A model generated the notes under the pieces. That model was given only the letters and a program-made list of their open reading frames with translations. It was not told the DNA's origin and ran no database searches. A program made the translations under genes and the position numbers. From Candidatus Hermodarchaeota archaeon (lineage in GTDB: Archaea > Asgardarchaeota > Lokiarchaeia > Sigyniarchaeales > SOKP01), in NCBI GenBank assembly GCA_048885525.1, contig JBHLLP010000038.1, forward strand, positions 1 through 33,331: a DNA stretch of 33,331 nt. Direction: 5' to 3'. This document shows, in pieces, positions 1 to 8,119 of this stretch (position 1 is the first letter of the stretch; the number at the start of each line of letters is the position of its first letter).

Positions 1-576
1 ATCAATAATATGATATTCGGGATTTATTGCATAAAATTTATTTTTTACAGCATTATCGATTAATTTTTTCCTAATATCCCATTTAGCTAAGTCCTCAGAA
101 TACAAATTTTCAAGAGCAGCTAGCTTTAAATTCGGTTCTAATCCTCTATATTTAAAAAGATATCTATGAATCATACAAGACACAATTGTCTTTTCGATGT
201 AGGCATAATCTTTTAAAAGATTTATTACTTGATCCTCCATGTGTGCATCAGTGATATGAAGTAATAAATTGATTTTGTGATTTGCAAGTTCAATGACTTC
301 TTGAAAATTAGGCATTTTTTCTCCTTCTCCAACATTTAAAGTTTTCAGTTCTTTCAATGTCTTATTTTTTACTAATCCAGGAACACCTGTGATATTAAAT
401 GTGTCTGGATCATGAAAAATAACAATTTCATTATCCTTAGTCAATCTTACATCAAGTTCGATATAGTCCGCTTTTAATTGTATAGCTTTCTTAAAAGCTT
501 TAAGAGTATTTTCTGGACCTGTCGTTTTCCCACCCGCATGTCCAACTACCAATATTTTACTTTTAAAATTCATCAT
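1..576 (-). CDS. Glycerophosphodiester phosphodiesterase (GDPD) family protein, 3'-truncated by window edge; divergent active site
   Basis: Not in the ORF track. Hand translation from ATG 576/573 is open to base 1: MMNFKSKILVVGHAGGKTTGPENTLKAFKKAIQLKADYIELDVRLTKDNEIVIFHD...AINPEYHIID. It has the PENT, ExD and HD motifs and aligns with the three neighbouring paralogs. Confidence 0.9.
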   Translation of the reverse strand, partial: MMNFKSKILVVGHAGGKTTGPENTLKAFKKAIQLKADYIELDVRLTKDNEIVIFHDPDTFNITGVPGLVKNKTLKELKTLNVGEGEKMPNFQEVIELANHKINLLLHITDAHMEDQVINLLKDYAYIEKTIVSCMIHRYLFKYRGLEPNLKLAALENLYSEDLAKWDIRKKLIDNAVKNKFYAINPEYHIID

Positions 577-652
577 CTCTTATAATTAAATGAGTTAAAT
601 AGAATTATATAACGCAATAAAATTATCATTTTCAGAAAAATTTTTGGGATTA

Positions 653-1390
653 CTAATCTTCACTTATTACTCTTTTTGCTTGTTGAATATCATCATGTAT
701 TAATCCATCAATCCCCATTTTTACTATTTCTCTTAGGTCTGAATCTTTAATAGGTTCATAAATATAGGTCCATGTATTAACTAGTAGACCATTAGAGTGA
801 GCAAATTCAACTATGTCTTTGCTAATAGCCTTCCAATATGGATGAATAGCAAAAAAATTGTTATTTATTGCTTTTTTACAAAATTTGATTACCCATCGAG
901 GAGAGACCAAATCTCTCGTAAGTATTAACCCTAATTTTATACTGGAATCAAGGTTTTTAATAGCTAGTAATTCACTAAAAATGAAAGAACTTAAAATTGT
1001 AGTTTCATTAAGATTTTCTTTTTTCAGAATTCCAACGATATCTTTACCAATATTTTGAGTTTTTATTTCACAATTCAATCCTATTTTTCCTTTAGTAAGG
1101 TCTATTATTTCCTGTAAAGTAGGGAAAGTTTCACCATCACCTATATCAATTTTTTTTAGTTCTGCTAATGTCATATCTCTGATAAAATGCGTTTTTCCAT
1201 CTTTTTGAGAAAAAGCAAAGTCATGCCAAATTATATATTCTCCGTCCTTTGATGTAAATACATCAAATTCGATGTAATCTGCTTTTAGTTCGATTGCTTT
1301 TTGAAATGCTTTAATTGAATTTTCTGGTGCAATACTACTTGCGCCCCTATGGGCCATTATCAATACTTTATTATCGTTCTTCATAATCAT
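653..1390 (-). CDS. Glycerophosphodiester phosphodiesterase (GDPD/GlpQ-UgpQ family)
   Basis: Motifs AHRG, PENS, IEFDV, WHD, CEIK, NTWT, GIDGLIHD; 245 aa, TIM-barrel size. Confidence 0.93.
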   Translation of the reverse strand: MIMKNDNKVLIMAHRGASSIAPENSIKAFQKAIELKADYIEFDVFTSKDGEYIIWHDFAFSQKDGKTHFIRDMTLAELKKIDIGDGETFPTLQEIIDLTKGKIGLNCEIKTQNIGKDIVGILKKENLNETTILSSFIFSELLAIKNLDSSIKLGLILTRDLVSPRWVIKFCKKAINNNFFAIHPYWKAISKDIVEFAHSNGLLVNTWTYIYEPIKDSDLREIVKMGIDGLIHDDIQQAKRVISED

Positions 1391-1409
1391 CTATTAAATA
1401 ATTTTAATT

Positions 1410-2156
1410 TTATCGATTAAACCTATTTTCTTTTAATAAAACGGTTTTAGCTTTTAAGATATCATTAGTTATTAACCCATCCACTCCGTATTTTATCAGT
1501 TTTCTCATTGCAGGTGCAGATTCAACAGCATAAGGGAAGACTTTAATGTTGTTATTGTGAGCAAAATCCACAAATTGTTGATCAACTAGAGGATAGAACG
1601 GATTAATAGCATAAAGATTATTATCTATACAGAATTGTATCCATTGCTCTTTTTTTTTCCATGTACAAGATCCTTTATAATTATTATTTTCTAAATAAGC
1701 AAGTTTTATTGTAGAGTCAATCTTTTGAAATTCTAATAATTCTTGGTGTTTAAAAGAGCTTACTATTACTGAATCTATGATATCGTATTTTTTTATGATA
1801 TTTATTACTTTATTCGATATACCTTCTACTATTACTTCACAATTTAAATTTATTTTATCTTTACATACTTCAATTAGTTCTTCAAAAGTAGGGATTCTCT
1901 CTCCCTCGCCAAAATCTAAAGTCTTTAATTCTTCAAGAGTTAATTCTTTTACAAATCCATGTTGCCCAGTTAATCTTGAGAGTTCTTCATCGTGGCATAC
2001 TACAATTTTGCCATCCTTGGTTTCGAGAATATCAAATTCTATAAAATCTGCTTGTAATTCAATTGCTTTTTTAAATGATTTAATAGTATTTTCCGGAGCA
2101 AGATTACCAACACCTCTATGGCCAAATATGAGTACTTTATTACTATTTCCATTCAT
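1410..2156 (-). CDS. Glycerophosphodiester phosphodiesterase (GDPD family)
   Basis: Motifs GHRG, PENT, IEFDI, CHD, GVDGLITND. The EIK motif is changed to EVI. Confidence 0.93.
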   Translation of the reverse strand: MNGNSNKVLIFGHRGVGNLAPENTIKSFKKAIELQADFIEFDILETKDGKIVVCHDEELSRLTGQHGFVKELTLEELKTLDFGEGERIPTFEELIEVCKDKINLNCEVIVEGISNKVINIIKKYDIIDSVIVSSFKHQELLEFQKIDSTIKLAYLENNNYKGSCTWKKKEQWIQFCIDNNLYAINPFYPLVDQQFVDFAHNNNIKVFPYAVESAPAMRKLIKYGVDGLITNDILKAKTVLLKENRFNR

Positions 2157-2176
2157 TTTATCTTATTTGGTTGTTT

Positions 2177-2911
2177 TTAGGTATAAATTTTACCTATTAC
2201 TTCTTTAACTCTTGAAATGTCATTGCTGATAATCCCATCAACACCCATTTTAATCAGATTTTCAATCGAGGTAATTGAATCAACAGTCCATGGAAAGACT
2301 TTCAAATTCTTATCATGGGCTTTACTTACAAATTTCTTGTTTACTATAAGGAATAATGGATTAATTCCATAAAATTGATTTATAGCAGCTTTTTTAATCA
2401 AATTTTTCCTCGAAAACCAATTTATTAACCATCCTGCACGAGTAGGATTCAAAGATGCAACTTTTAATTGTGGTTCTAATTTTTTAATTTTTAACAATTC
2501 ACTATGAATAAAAGAACTAATTATTGTAGATTCAAAAAGATCTGCCTCTGTAAGGATCTCTATTATCTTTTGAGTTATTCCTTTTACTTTTATTTCGCAA
2601 TTTAAACCAATTTTACCTTTTGTTAATTTAATCAATTCCTCCATTGTAGGTATTTCTTCAGTATTTCCACAATCAAGTTTTTTTAACTCCTCAAGAGTCA
2701 TGTCTTCTATTAAATCTAAGTGTCCGGTTGTCCTGAATGTGTTAGCATCATGCATTATCACAATTTCCCCATCTTTAGATTGATGGACATCAAATTCAAT
2801 ATAGTCTGCACCCAATTCTATTGCCTTCTTAAATGCGCTAAGTGTATTTTCTGGGGCAATATTGCTTGCTCCTCTATGTGCAAATATTAAAATTTTCCTT
2901 TCATTTATCAT
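2177..2911 (-). CDS. Glycerophosphodiester phosphodiesterase (GDPD family)
   Basis: Canonical motifs AHRGAS, PENT, IEFDV, MHD, CEIK, PWTVD, GVDGIISND. Confidence 0.95.
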   Translation of the reverse strand: MINERKILIFAHRGASNIAPENTLSAFKKAIELGADYIEFDVHQSKDGEIVIMHDANTFRTTGHLDLIEDMTLEELKKLDCGNTEEIPTMEELIKLTKGKIGLNCEIKVKGITQKIIEILTEADLFESTIISSFIHSELLKIKKLEPQLKVASLNPTRAGWLINWFSRKNLIKKAAINQFYGINPLFLIVNKKFVSKAHDKNLKVFPWTVDSITSIENLIKMGVDGIISNDISRVKEVIGKIYT

Positions 2912-3026
2912 TTTTTAATAGATACTTATTAAAATTTTCTAATTATTGTCTATACTTAAAATGAATAATTTATCATCTTTTCTAATTTTTTTGCCATTTA
3001 TAATGAAAAATCTTTAAAATTTTCTT

Positions 3027-3050
3027 TTTGATCAAACAGATATTTGATCA
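3027..3050. promoter_or_regulatory. Inverted repeat, candidate operator in the divergent GDPD / TFS-like intergenic region
   Basis: TGATCAAA-cagata-TTTGATCA at 3029-3050. TTTGATCAAA at 3027-3036 is itself a perfect palindrome. Confidence 0.35.
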
Positions 3051-3253
3051 CAAATTCTACGGATTTTTTTTAAAAATTCTTTTATGGGATCATCTAGTTT
3101 TTGAAAATTTTATTAATAGTAAAACTAGAGGTTTAAATATCTGAAATACGTAATACTGTAACAATTATTTGAGTTATGCGTTAAATTTATAAAGGTTATA
3201 CTTTTTTAATATTTTTGAATAATTTAAAAAAACATAAGAAACAACCTAATAAA

Positions 3254-3272
3254 CCGATAAGTTTAAATATCT
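3254..3272 (+). promoter_or_regulatory. Archaeal BRE/TATA promoter for a probably leaderless TFS-like gene
   Basis: ccgataag-TTTAAATA, with the TATA at 3262-3269 about 30 nt upstream of ATG 3300. Confidence 0.55.
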
Positions 3273-3299
3273 AAAATAATTAAAAATAAAATCATAGAA

Positions 3300-3557
3300 A
3301 TGATGAAGTTTTGCCCCAATTGCGACAATATCTTAATTCCAAAGAATAAAAAATTATATTGTAAAGCATGTGAAGTGGAATATGACTTAGATTCTTCAAA
3401 GCCGGAGGACTATACAATTAAAAAATCCATCAAACATGATGAAAAAGAAAGTGCTCCGATTATAGTAAAGGAAGGACTAAGAGGAGAAAGAATTTCAGCT
3501 CAAGATCGAAAAGCTTTTGAAGAATTCTTTGGAAGTGCTGAGTCAGATAACTTTTAA
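3300..3557 (+). CDS. TFS/RpoM (Rpb9/Rpa12/Rpc11)-like protein with N-terminal zinc ribbon only
   Basis: MKFCPNCDNIL...LYCKAC matches the RNA polymerase M/15 kDa N-terminal ribbon. There is no second CxxC pair and no QTRSADE motif. Confidence 0.75.
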   Translation: MMKFCPNCDNILIPKNKKLYCKACEVEYDLDSSKPEDYTIKKSIKHDEKESAPIIVKEGLRGERISAQDRKAFEEFFGSAESDNF

Positions 3558-3732
3558 AGTCCTTTTTAGAGGATTTACATTTAGACTACTTATTCTTCCT
3601 TGGTTTTAACTGATTAAAAAAATTTATAATTTCAAATGTTTAAAGTTTTAAATTATTTAAGAAGTAATTAAATTATAATTAGAAAAATTATTTCAACTTA
3701 TCATAAAGAAACGTTTATAAAAGTAGATTTAA

Positions 3733-4125
3733 ATGTTAGAAGAGAAAAAAAAATTACACGGTTTTGCGTCAATCGTAGCAAAACAGGTTGAACCATTGAA
3801 TAAATTAGAAAAATTTAAAGAAAAATTTAAAGATACTCAAGTGAAGGTTCTATTAAATGCTAAGGATGGAAAATGGGCAGCTTTACTAATAATAGATAAA
3901 GGTAAAATATATGTAGAAGGCATTAAGAACGAACCAAAAGAAAACATAAAAAAGAAAAATGCTGGATGGGATGGTCTTTTACAAACAACAACTCCAATGT
4001 TCCTAGAAATTCTTGGTAGCGATAAACTTTCTATGAGTAAAGTAATTCGTAAGATTCTTACGGGAAAGGTTAAAATTAGAGGAATAAAACAGGTTTTAGT
4101 ATTACTTCAATTATTTGATTTATAA
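3733..4125 (+). CDS. SCP2 (sterol carrier protein 2)-like lipid-binding domain protein
   Basis: 130 aa with the pattern ...ALLIIDKGKIYV...DGLLQTTTPMFLEIL...ILTGKVKIRG...LLQLF, typical of the SCP2 fold C-terminus (GKxKIxG). Confidence 0.65.
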   Translation: MLEEKKKLHGFASIVAKQVEPLNKLEKFKEKFKDTQVKVLLNAKDGKWAALLIIDKGKIYVEGIKNEPKENIKKKNAGWDGLLQTTTPMFLEILGSDKLSMSKVIRKILTGKVKIRGIKQVLVLLQLFDL

Positions 4126-4551
4126 GTTAAGTTTGAATATATTTGCTAAGGATATCATTTCATCTCTTAACTTATCATCATTTTTTTCATCTTTTAATGA
4201 TTGTAAAATTACATCCTTATCCTTATCAGATACCCTATCTTGAAATAAATCAAGAAATTCTCTTAAAAATATTACTTTTTTATGAGGATTCTGCTGAATT
4301 TTAGTAATATATCCATCAATTATATGATCAAAAGAAATTATCTCTTCTTTCTCACTTAAAACGATTTTTTCTTTAGTTCCTAAGATTTCTTGCATCAAAG
4401 AATTATTACTGATGATGTCTTGGTAAATCTCTTTTAAAAGATCATTTCTTGTAGGTTTTGATAAATTTGAGATGAATTCTTCCATTTCTGAGTTCTTTTT
4501 TTCAATTGCTTTAATCATCTCAAGAATTTTTTCCTTACTTCCTTTTTCCAT
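4120..4551 (-). CDS. Hypothetical charged, helical protein
   Basis: 143-aa ORF filling the gap, with E/K-rich composition. Its stop overlaps the convergent neighbour by 6 nt. Confidence 0.75.
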   Translation of the reverse strand: MEKGSKEKILEMIKAIEKKNSEMEEFISNLSKPTRNDLLKEIYQDIISNNSLMQEILGTKEKIVLSEKEEIISFDHIIDGYITKIQQNPHKKVIFLREFLDLFQDRVSDKDKDVILQSLKDEKNDDKLRDEMISLANIFKLNL

Positions 4552-4611
4552 ATTATATAAAAGTCTTGTCTGAATTTTTAAATTTAACTGAAGATATTAA
4601 TCATTTAAATT

Positions 4612-5352
4612 ATGTTTCCAATTGATAAGGATAAATTACACGAATTTCAAGATTTTATAGAATATGAATTTAAGAACGAGAATCTTTTAGAACAGGCTTT
4701 AACTACACCAAGATTAGCTAATTTAATGGAAAAACCTAGTTATGATTTTTTAGAAACATTAGGAGATGCTGTGATCAAGATTGTTCTTATTCTAAAACTT
4801 TATAAAAAGGGAGTAGAAGACCCGGGTGAAATTACAAAAATAAAAGCAATTTTAGAGAGCGATAATTACCTAAAAAATGTTGCAAAAAAAATAAAATTAG
4901 AAAAATACATTTTAAAGACAGAAAAACAAAGTATTAAAGGTACTCGTATTTTAGCAGATATCTTTGAAGCTATATGTGGAGCTCTATTTCTCGATTCAGA
5001 GTATAATCTAAGTTTAGTTGAACAAAAAATGATTAATCCTTTTTATGAAGATTTGAACAGATTTATTCAAACTTCGATGATTTCTAGTAAAAATACATTA
5101 TTAGAATTTTTACAAGGAAAATTTAGAACTAATATAACTATCGAAGTTGAATATGAAAAAAGCGGTGAAGAGCATAATCCAATCTGGATAGTGAAAAATC
5201 CAAAAATACTAAATAAAGAAAATCAAAAAGAACTTATAAAAGTATCAAAAAGCTTAAAATCAGGCAAATTTAGAAACAAAAAGGATGCCGAGAAAGATAT
5301 TTACAATAAAATTTTAAAATATTTAAAAAAGAAAATTAAAGAGAAAGAATAA
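4612..5352 (+). CDS. rnc: Ribonuclease III (nuclease domain plus dsRBD-like C-terminus)
   Basis: YEFKNENLLEQALT; signature DFLETLGDAV (cf. ERLEFLGDAV); ADIFEAICGAL; dsRBD-like KNTLLEFLQ...GEEHNP...NKKDAEK. Confidence 0.88.
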   Translation: MFPIDKDKLHEFQDFIEYEFKNENLLEQALTTPRLANLMEKPSYDFLETLGDAVIKIVLILKLYKKGVEDPGEITKIKAILESDNYLKNVAKKIKLEKYILKTEKQSIKGTRILADIFEAICGALFLDSEYNLSLVEQKMINPFYEDLNRFIQTSMISSKNTLLEFLQGKFRTNITIEVEYEKSGEEHNPIWIVKNPKILNKENQKELIKVSKSLKSGKFRNKKDAEKDIYNKILKYLKKKIKEKE

Positions 5353-5431
5353 ATGACACCTTATTTTAATTAATACTATTAAAAAAATTCAATCCAATAT
5401 TTTATGTATACCATATAATAGAATAGATAGG

Positions 5432-6670
5432 ATGTTTAAAATGATAAATATTGACCATATAAAAAACGTCTCCATTGTTGGGGCAGGATTTATGGGTTAT
5501 GGGATTGCTCATGTTGCTTTACTTGCAGGTTTTGATAAAGTTATTATATATGATATTAGTAAGGAATCATTAGATAGCGCAACAGAACAAATTGAAATTG
5601 GCATTAAAAAATGTGAGGAATTGGGAAAATTAAATGAGAATTTAACTACGGATATTCTTATGTCAAGATTAATAAAAGAACAAGATTTAGAAAGAGCTGT
5701 TGAAAGCGCTGATTTTATAATTGAAGCTGTTCCAGAAAAATTGAATCTTAAGCGAGAGATATATAAGAAATTAGATAAATATGCCCCAAAAAACACCATT
5801 TTAGCATCAAATACCTCCTTTATAAATATATCTGTATTAGGTGAAGCCTCAGGAAGACCCAAAAAAGTTGTTGGGATGCATTTTTTGCCTCCCATAATTG
5901 CTAGTAGGGTAATTGAAGTAACCAAAGGGAATAAAACATCAAATGAAACCATAAACATCTGTGCTGCAGTTGGAGAAAAACTCCCCTGCATAAGTGGTGA
6001 TAGATATATAGCTCGCATCGAAAAGTGGAGACCAGGATTTATTATGAATCGAGTGCTTTGCGGAATTTACCTCTACTTTGGTTGGATTGCTGAGCAAGCT
6101 ATTGAAAAAGGTATTCCTTGGGAACAAATTGATGCAGATGTTGCTGTTAGCGAAGATTCCATGGGATTATGTGAAACTTGGGACTATATAGGTTTAGACG
6201 TGGCATATGATTCAGCAAATTATCTAAAGGAAGCACTTTCTCAAGATTTCACTCCAACTAATCCATTAGTTCAAAAATATGAAGAAGGGAATTTAGGTGC
6301 TAAAACGGGCAAGGGATTTTATGAATGGCCTAAGAAAGGACGATATTTCTTTGAATGGACCAAGGAAGGAAGACCAAAATTAGATAGGTCAAAAAAAGCA
6401 GGGCTAATGGATTTAGAAACCATAAACGCTATTGGAATAAATGAAGGATGTAGACTTATAGAAGAAGGCGTCGTATCGGGATATAAAGTTATTGATGATG
6501 TTGTTTTCATCGGATCACGACAAATATTGCCAGGACCATTTATCTCAGGAAAAAAGAATTATAAAAATCTATGTAAAAAGTTAGAAGATTTAGCAGAAAA
6601 AACAGGAAAAGACTATTTTAGACCATGTGATTTAATGAAATCTGGTGATTTTCTTAAGATGAGAAGATAA
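5432..6670 (+). CDS. 3-hydroxyacyl-CoA dehydrogenase family protein
   Basis: GAGFMG Rossmann motif, IEAVPEKL, ASNTS, GMHF, PGFIMNR, DYIGLD, LGAKTGKGFY. Confidence 0.93.
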   Translation: MFKMINIDHIKNVSIVGAGFMGYGIAHVALLAGFDKVIIYDISKESLDSATEQIEIGIKKCEELGKLNENLTTDILMSRLIKEQDLERAVESADFIIEAVPEKLNLKREIYKKLDKYAPKNTILASNTSFINISVLGEASGRPKKVVGMHFLPPIIASRVIEVTKGNKTSNETINICAAVGEKLPCISGDRYIARIEKWRPGFIMNRVLCGIYLYFGWIAEQAIEKGIPWEQIDADVAVSEDSMGLCETWDYIGLDVAYDSANYLKEALSQDFTPTNPLVQKYEEGNLGAKTGKGFYEWPKKGRYFFEWTKEGRPKLDRSKKAGLMDLETINAIGINEGCRLIEEGVVSGYKVIDDVVFIGSRQILPGPFISGKKNYKNLCKKLEDLAEKTGKDYFRPCDLMKSGDFLKMRR

Positions 6671-6892
6671 ATAAAGAAAATTAATTTTTTTGACCAACCA
6701 ATCTTTTTTATACTGAGATTTTTTTAAAGATCAATAAAGGATATTAAGTTTTCTAATAGATTAGAAACCTAATTTTTAAAAAGTGTACAATATTTCGGTA
6801 TCTGATTAAGAATTATAATCTAAAAAAGTTTATTTTATGTTTACATTATGATATAATAAAGAAGGAAAAAAATTGAGAAAAGAGATTTTCGA

Positions 6893-8071
6893 ATGTCTAA
6901 TTCAAGAATAATAGAAAAAACACCTCTTATGGAACAGTTCGAGGAAGAAACAGGAAAATTATCAATTTGGAAAGGGGAAGTTTCAAAAAATTTCAAAAAG
7001 TGGAAAAAAAATAAAGAAAAAGAAGAAATTAAAAAACAGAAACTGAAAATTCTTTCACAATCTAAAGTTGATAAGCAGAGAATGAAAAAAGAAACTAAAG
7101 AAGATAAACTTGCAGGGAAAGATTATGAACATCTAATAGTTGTCGAAAACTTACACAAAACGTACTTACTTGGAACAACAGCTGTAGCTGCTTTAAGAGG
7201 AGTGGATTTAACAATAGATAACGGAGATTTTGTTGATATTATGGGTCCCTCTGGTTCTGGAAAAACGACCTTACTCAACTTAATTGGAGGTCTTGATACT
7301 CCTACGAGGGGAAAAATCTTCTTAGAAGGCCGTAATATAAGTATGTTGAGCGACAACGATCTTGCAGAAATTAGACGAGAAAGAATAGGATTTGTTTTTC
7401 AATTTTATAATCTCCTCCCTCAAATGACAGCAATGGAGAATGTGATGGTACCTTTACATTTTTCTGGAAAGTTAAGCCGTCGAGGTAAAAGAAAAAAAGC
7501 AATGGATCTCTTAAGATTAGTAGGTTTAGATGAAAGAGCACATCATACTCCTTCTGAATTGAGCGGAGGTGAGCAACAGAGAGTTGCGATAGCAAGGGCT
7601 TTTGCTAATGATCCTGCTATTTGTGTTCTTGATGAGCCAACAGGAGATTTAGATTCTAAAACAGGAGTGATGGTTTTAAACCTTCTAAGAGATTTAAATA
7701 AACGTGGGGCTACATTTGTTGCAGTAAGTCACGATGCTGCTGTATCGGAATTTGCTACTAGAGTTTTTCATATGAGAGATGGAAAACTTACACGGGAAGG
7801 AAAAGTAGGAGGATTAAAGGAAACAGAGATTATGCAACTTAAGAGAAGACAGGAAACAGAAATAAATAAAGAAAAATGCAAAAGTAAGATCTTTCAATAT
7901 CTGTATGCAAATCAAGGAAAAGTTGAGATTCCAATTAGTGAAATTAAAAACAGCATTCCAAATTCTATAATTATGAATTTATCAGAGCATTTTAATGATA
8001 TTTTGCAGGAATTAATTGAAGAGAATAACTTTTTTGGGAGGATTGAAGGAGAAGTATTAATTTTAAATTAA
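6893..8071 (+). CDS. MacB/LolD-family (type VII) ABC ATPase with N- and C-terminal extensions
   Basis: Walker A GPSGSGKT, RRERIGFVFQFYNL, LSGGEQQRVAIARA, Walker B VLDEPTGDLD, SHD switch. About 80 extra residues N-terminally and about 90 C-terminally. Confidence 0.95.
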   Translation: MSNSRIIEKTPLMEQFEEETGKLSIWKGEVSKNFKKWKKNKEKEEIKKQKLKILSQSKVDKQRMKKETKEDKLAGKDYEHLIVVENLHKTYLLGTTAVAALRGVDLTIDNGDFVDIMGPSGSGKTTLLNLIGGLDTPTRGKIFLEGRNISMLSDNDLAEIRRERIGFVFQFYNLLPQMTAMENVMVPLHFSGKLSRRGKRKKAMDLLRLVGLDERAHHTPSELSGGEQQRVAIARAFANDPAICVLDEPTGDLDSKTGVMVLNLLRDLNKRGATFVAVSHDAAVSEFATRVFHMRDGKLTREGKVGGLKETEIMQLKRRQETEINKEKCKSKIFQYLYANQGKVEIPISEIKNSIPNSIIMNLSEHFNDILQELIEENNFFGRIEGEVLILN

Positions 8072-8119
8072 AAATTCTGTACAAGTGGTTTAATAAAAAT
8101 CTAAACTAATTTAAGTTAT

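Noticed and set aside
858-2208. Plus-strand ORFs 858-1058 and 1777-2208
   Set aside because: They are antisense shadows of GDPD genes, with Ser/Phe/Ile-rich composition and no motifs.
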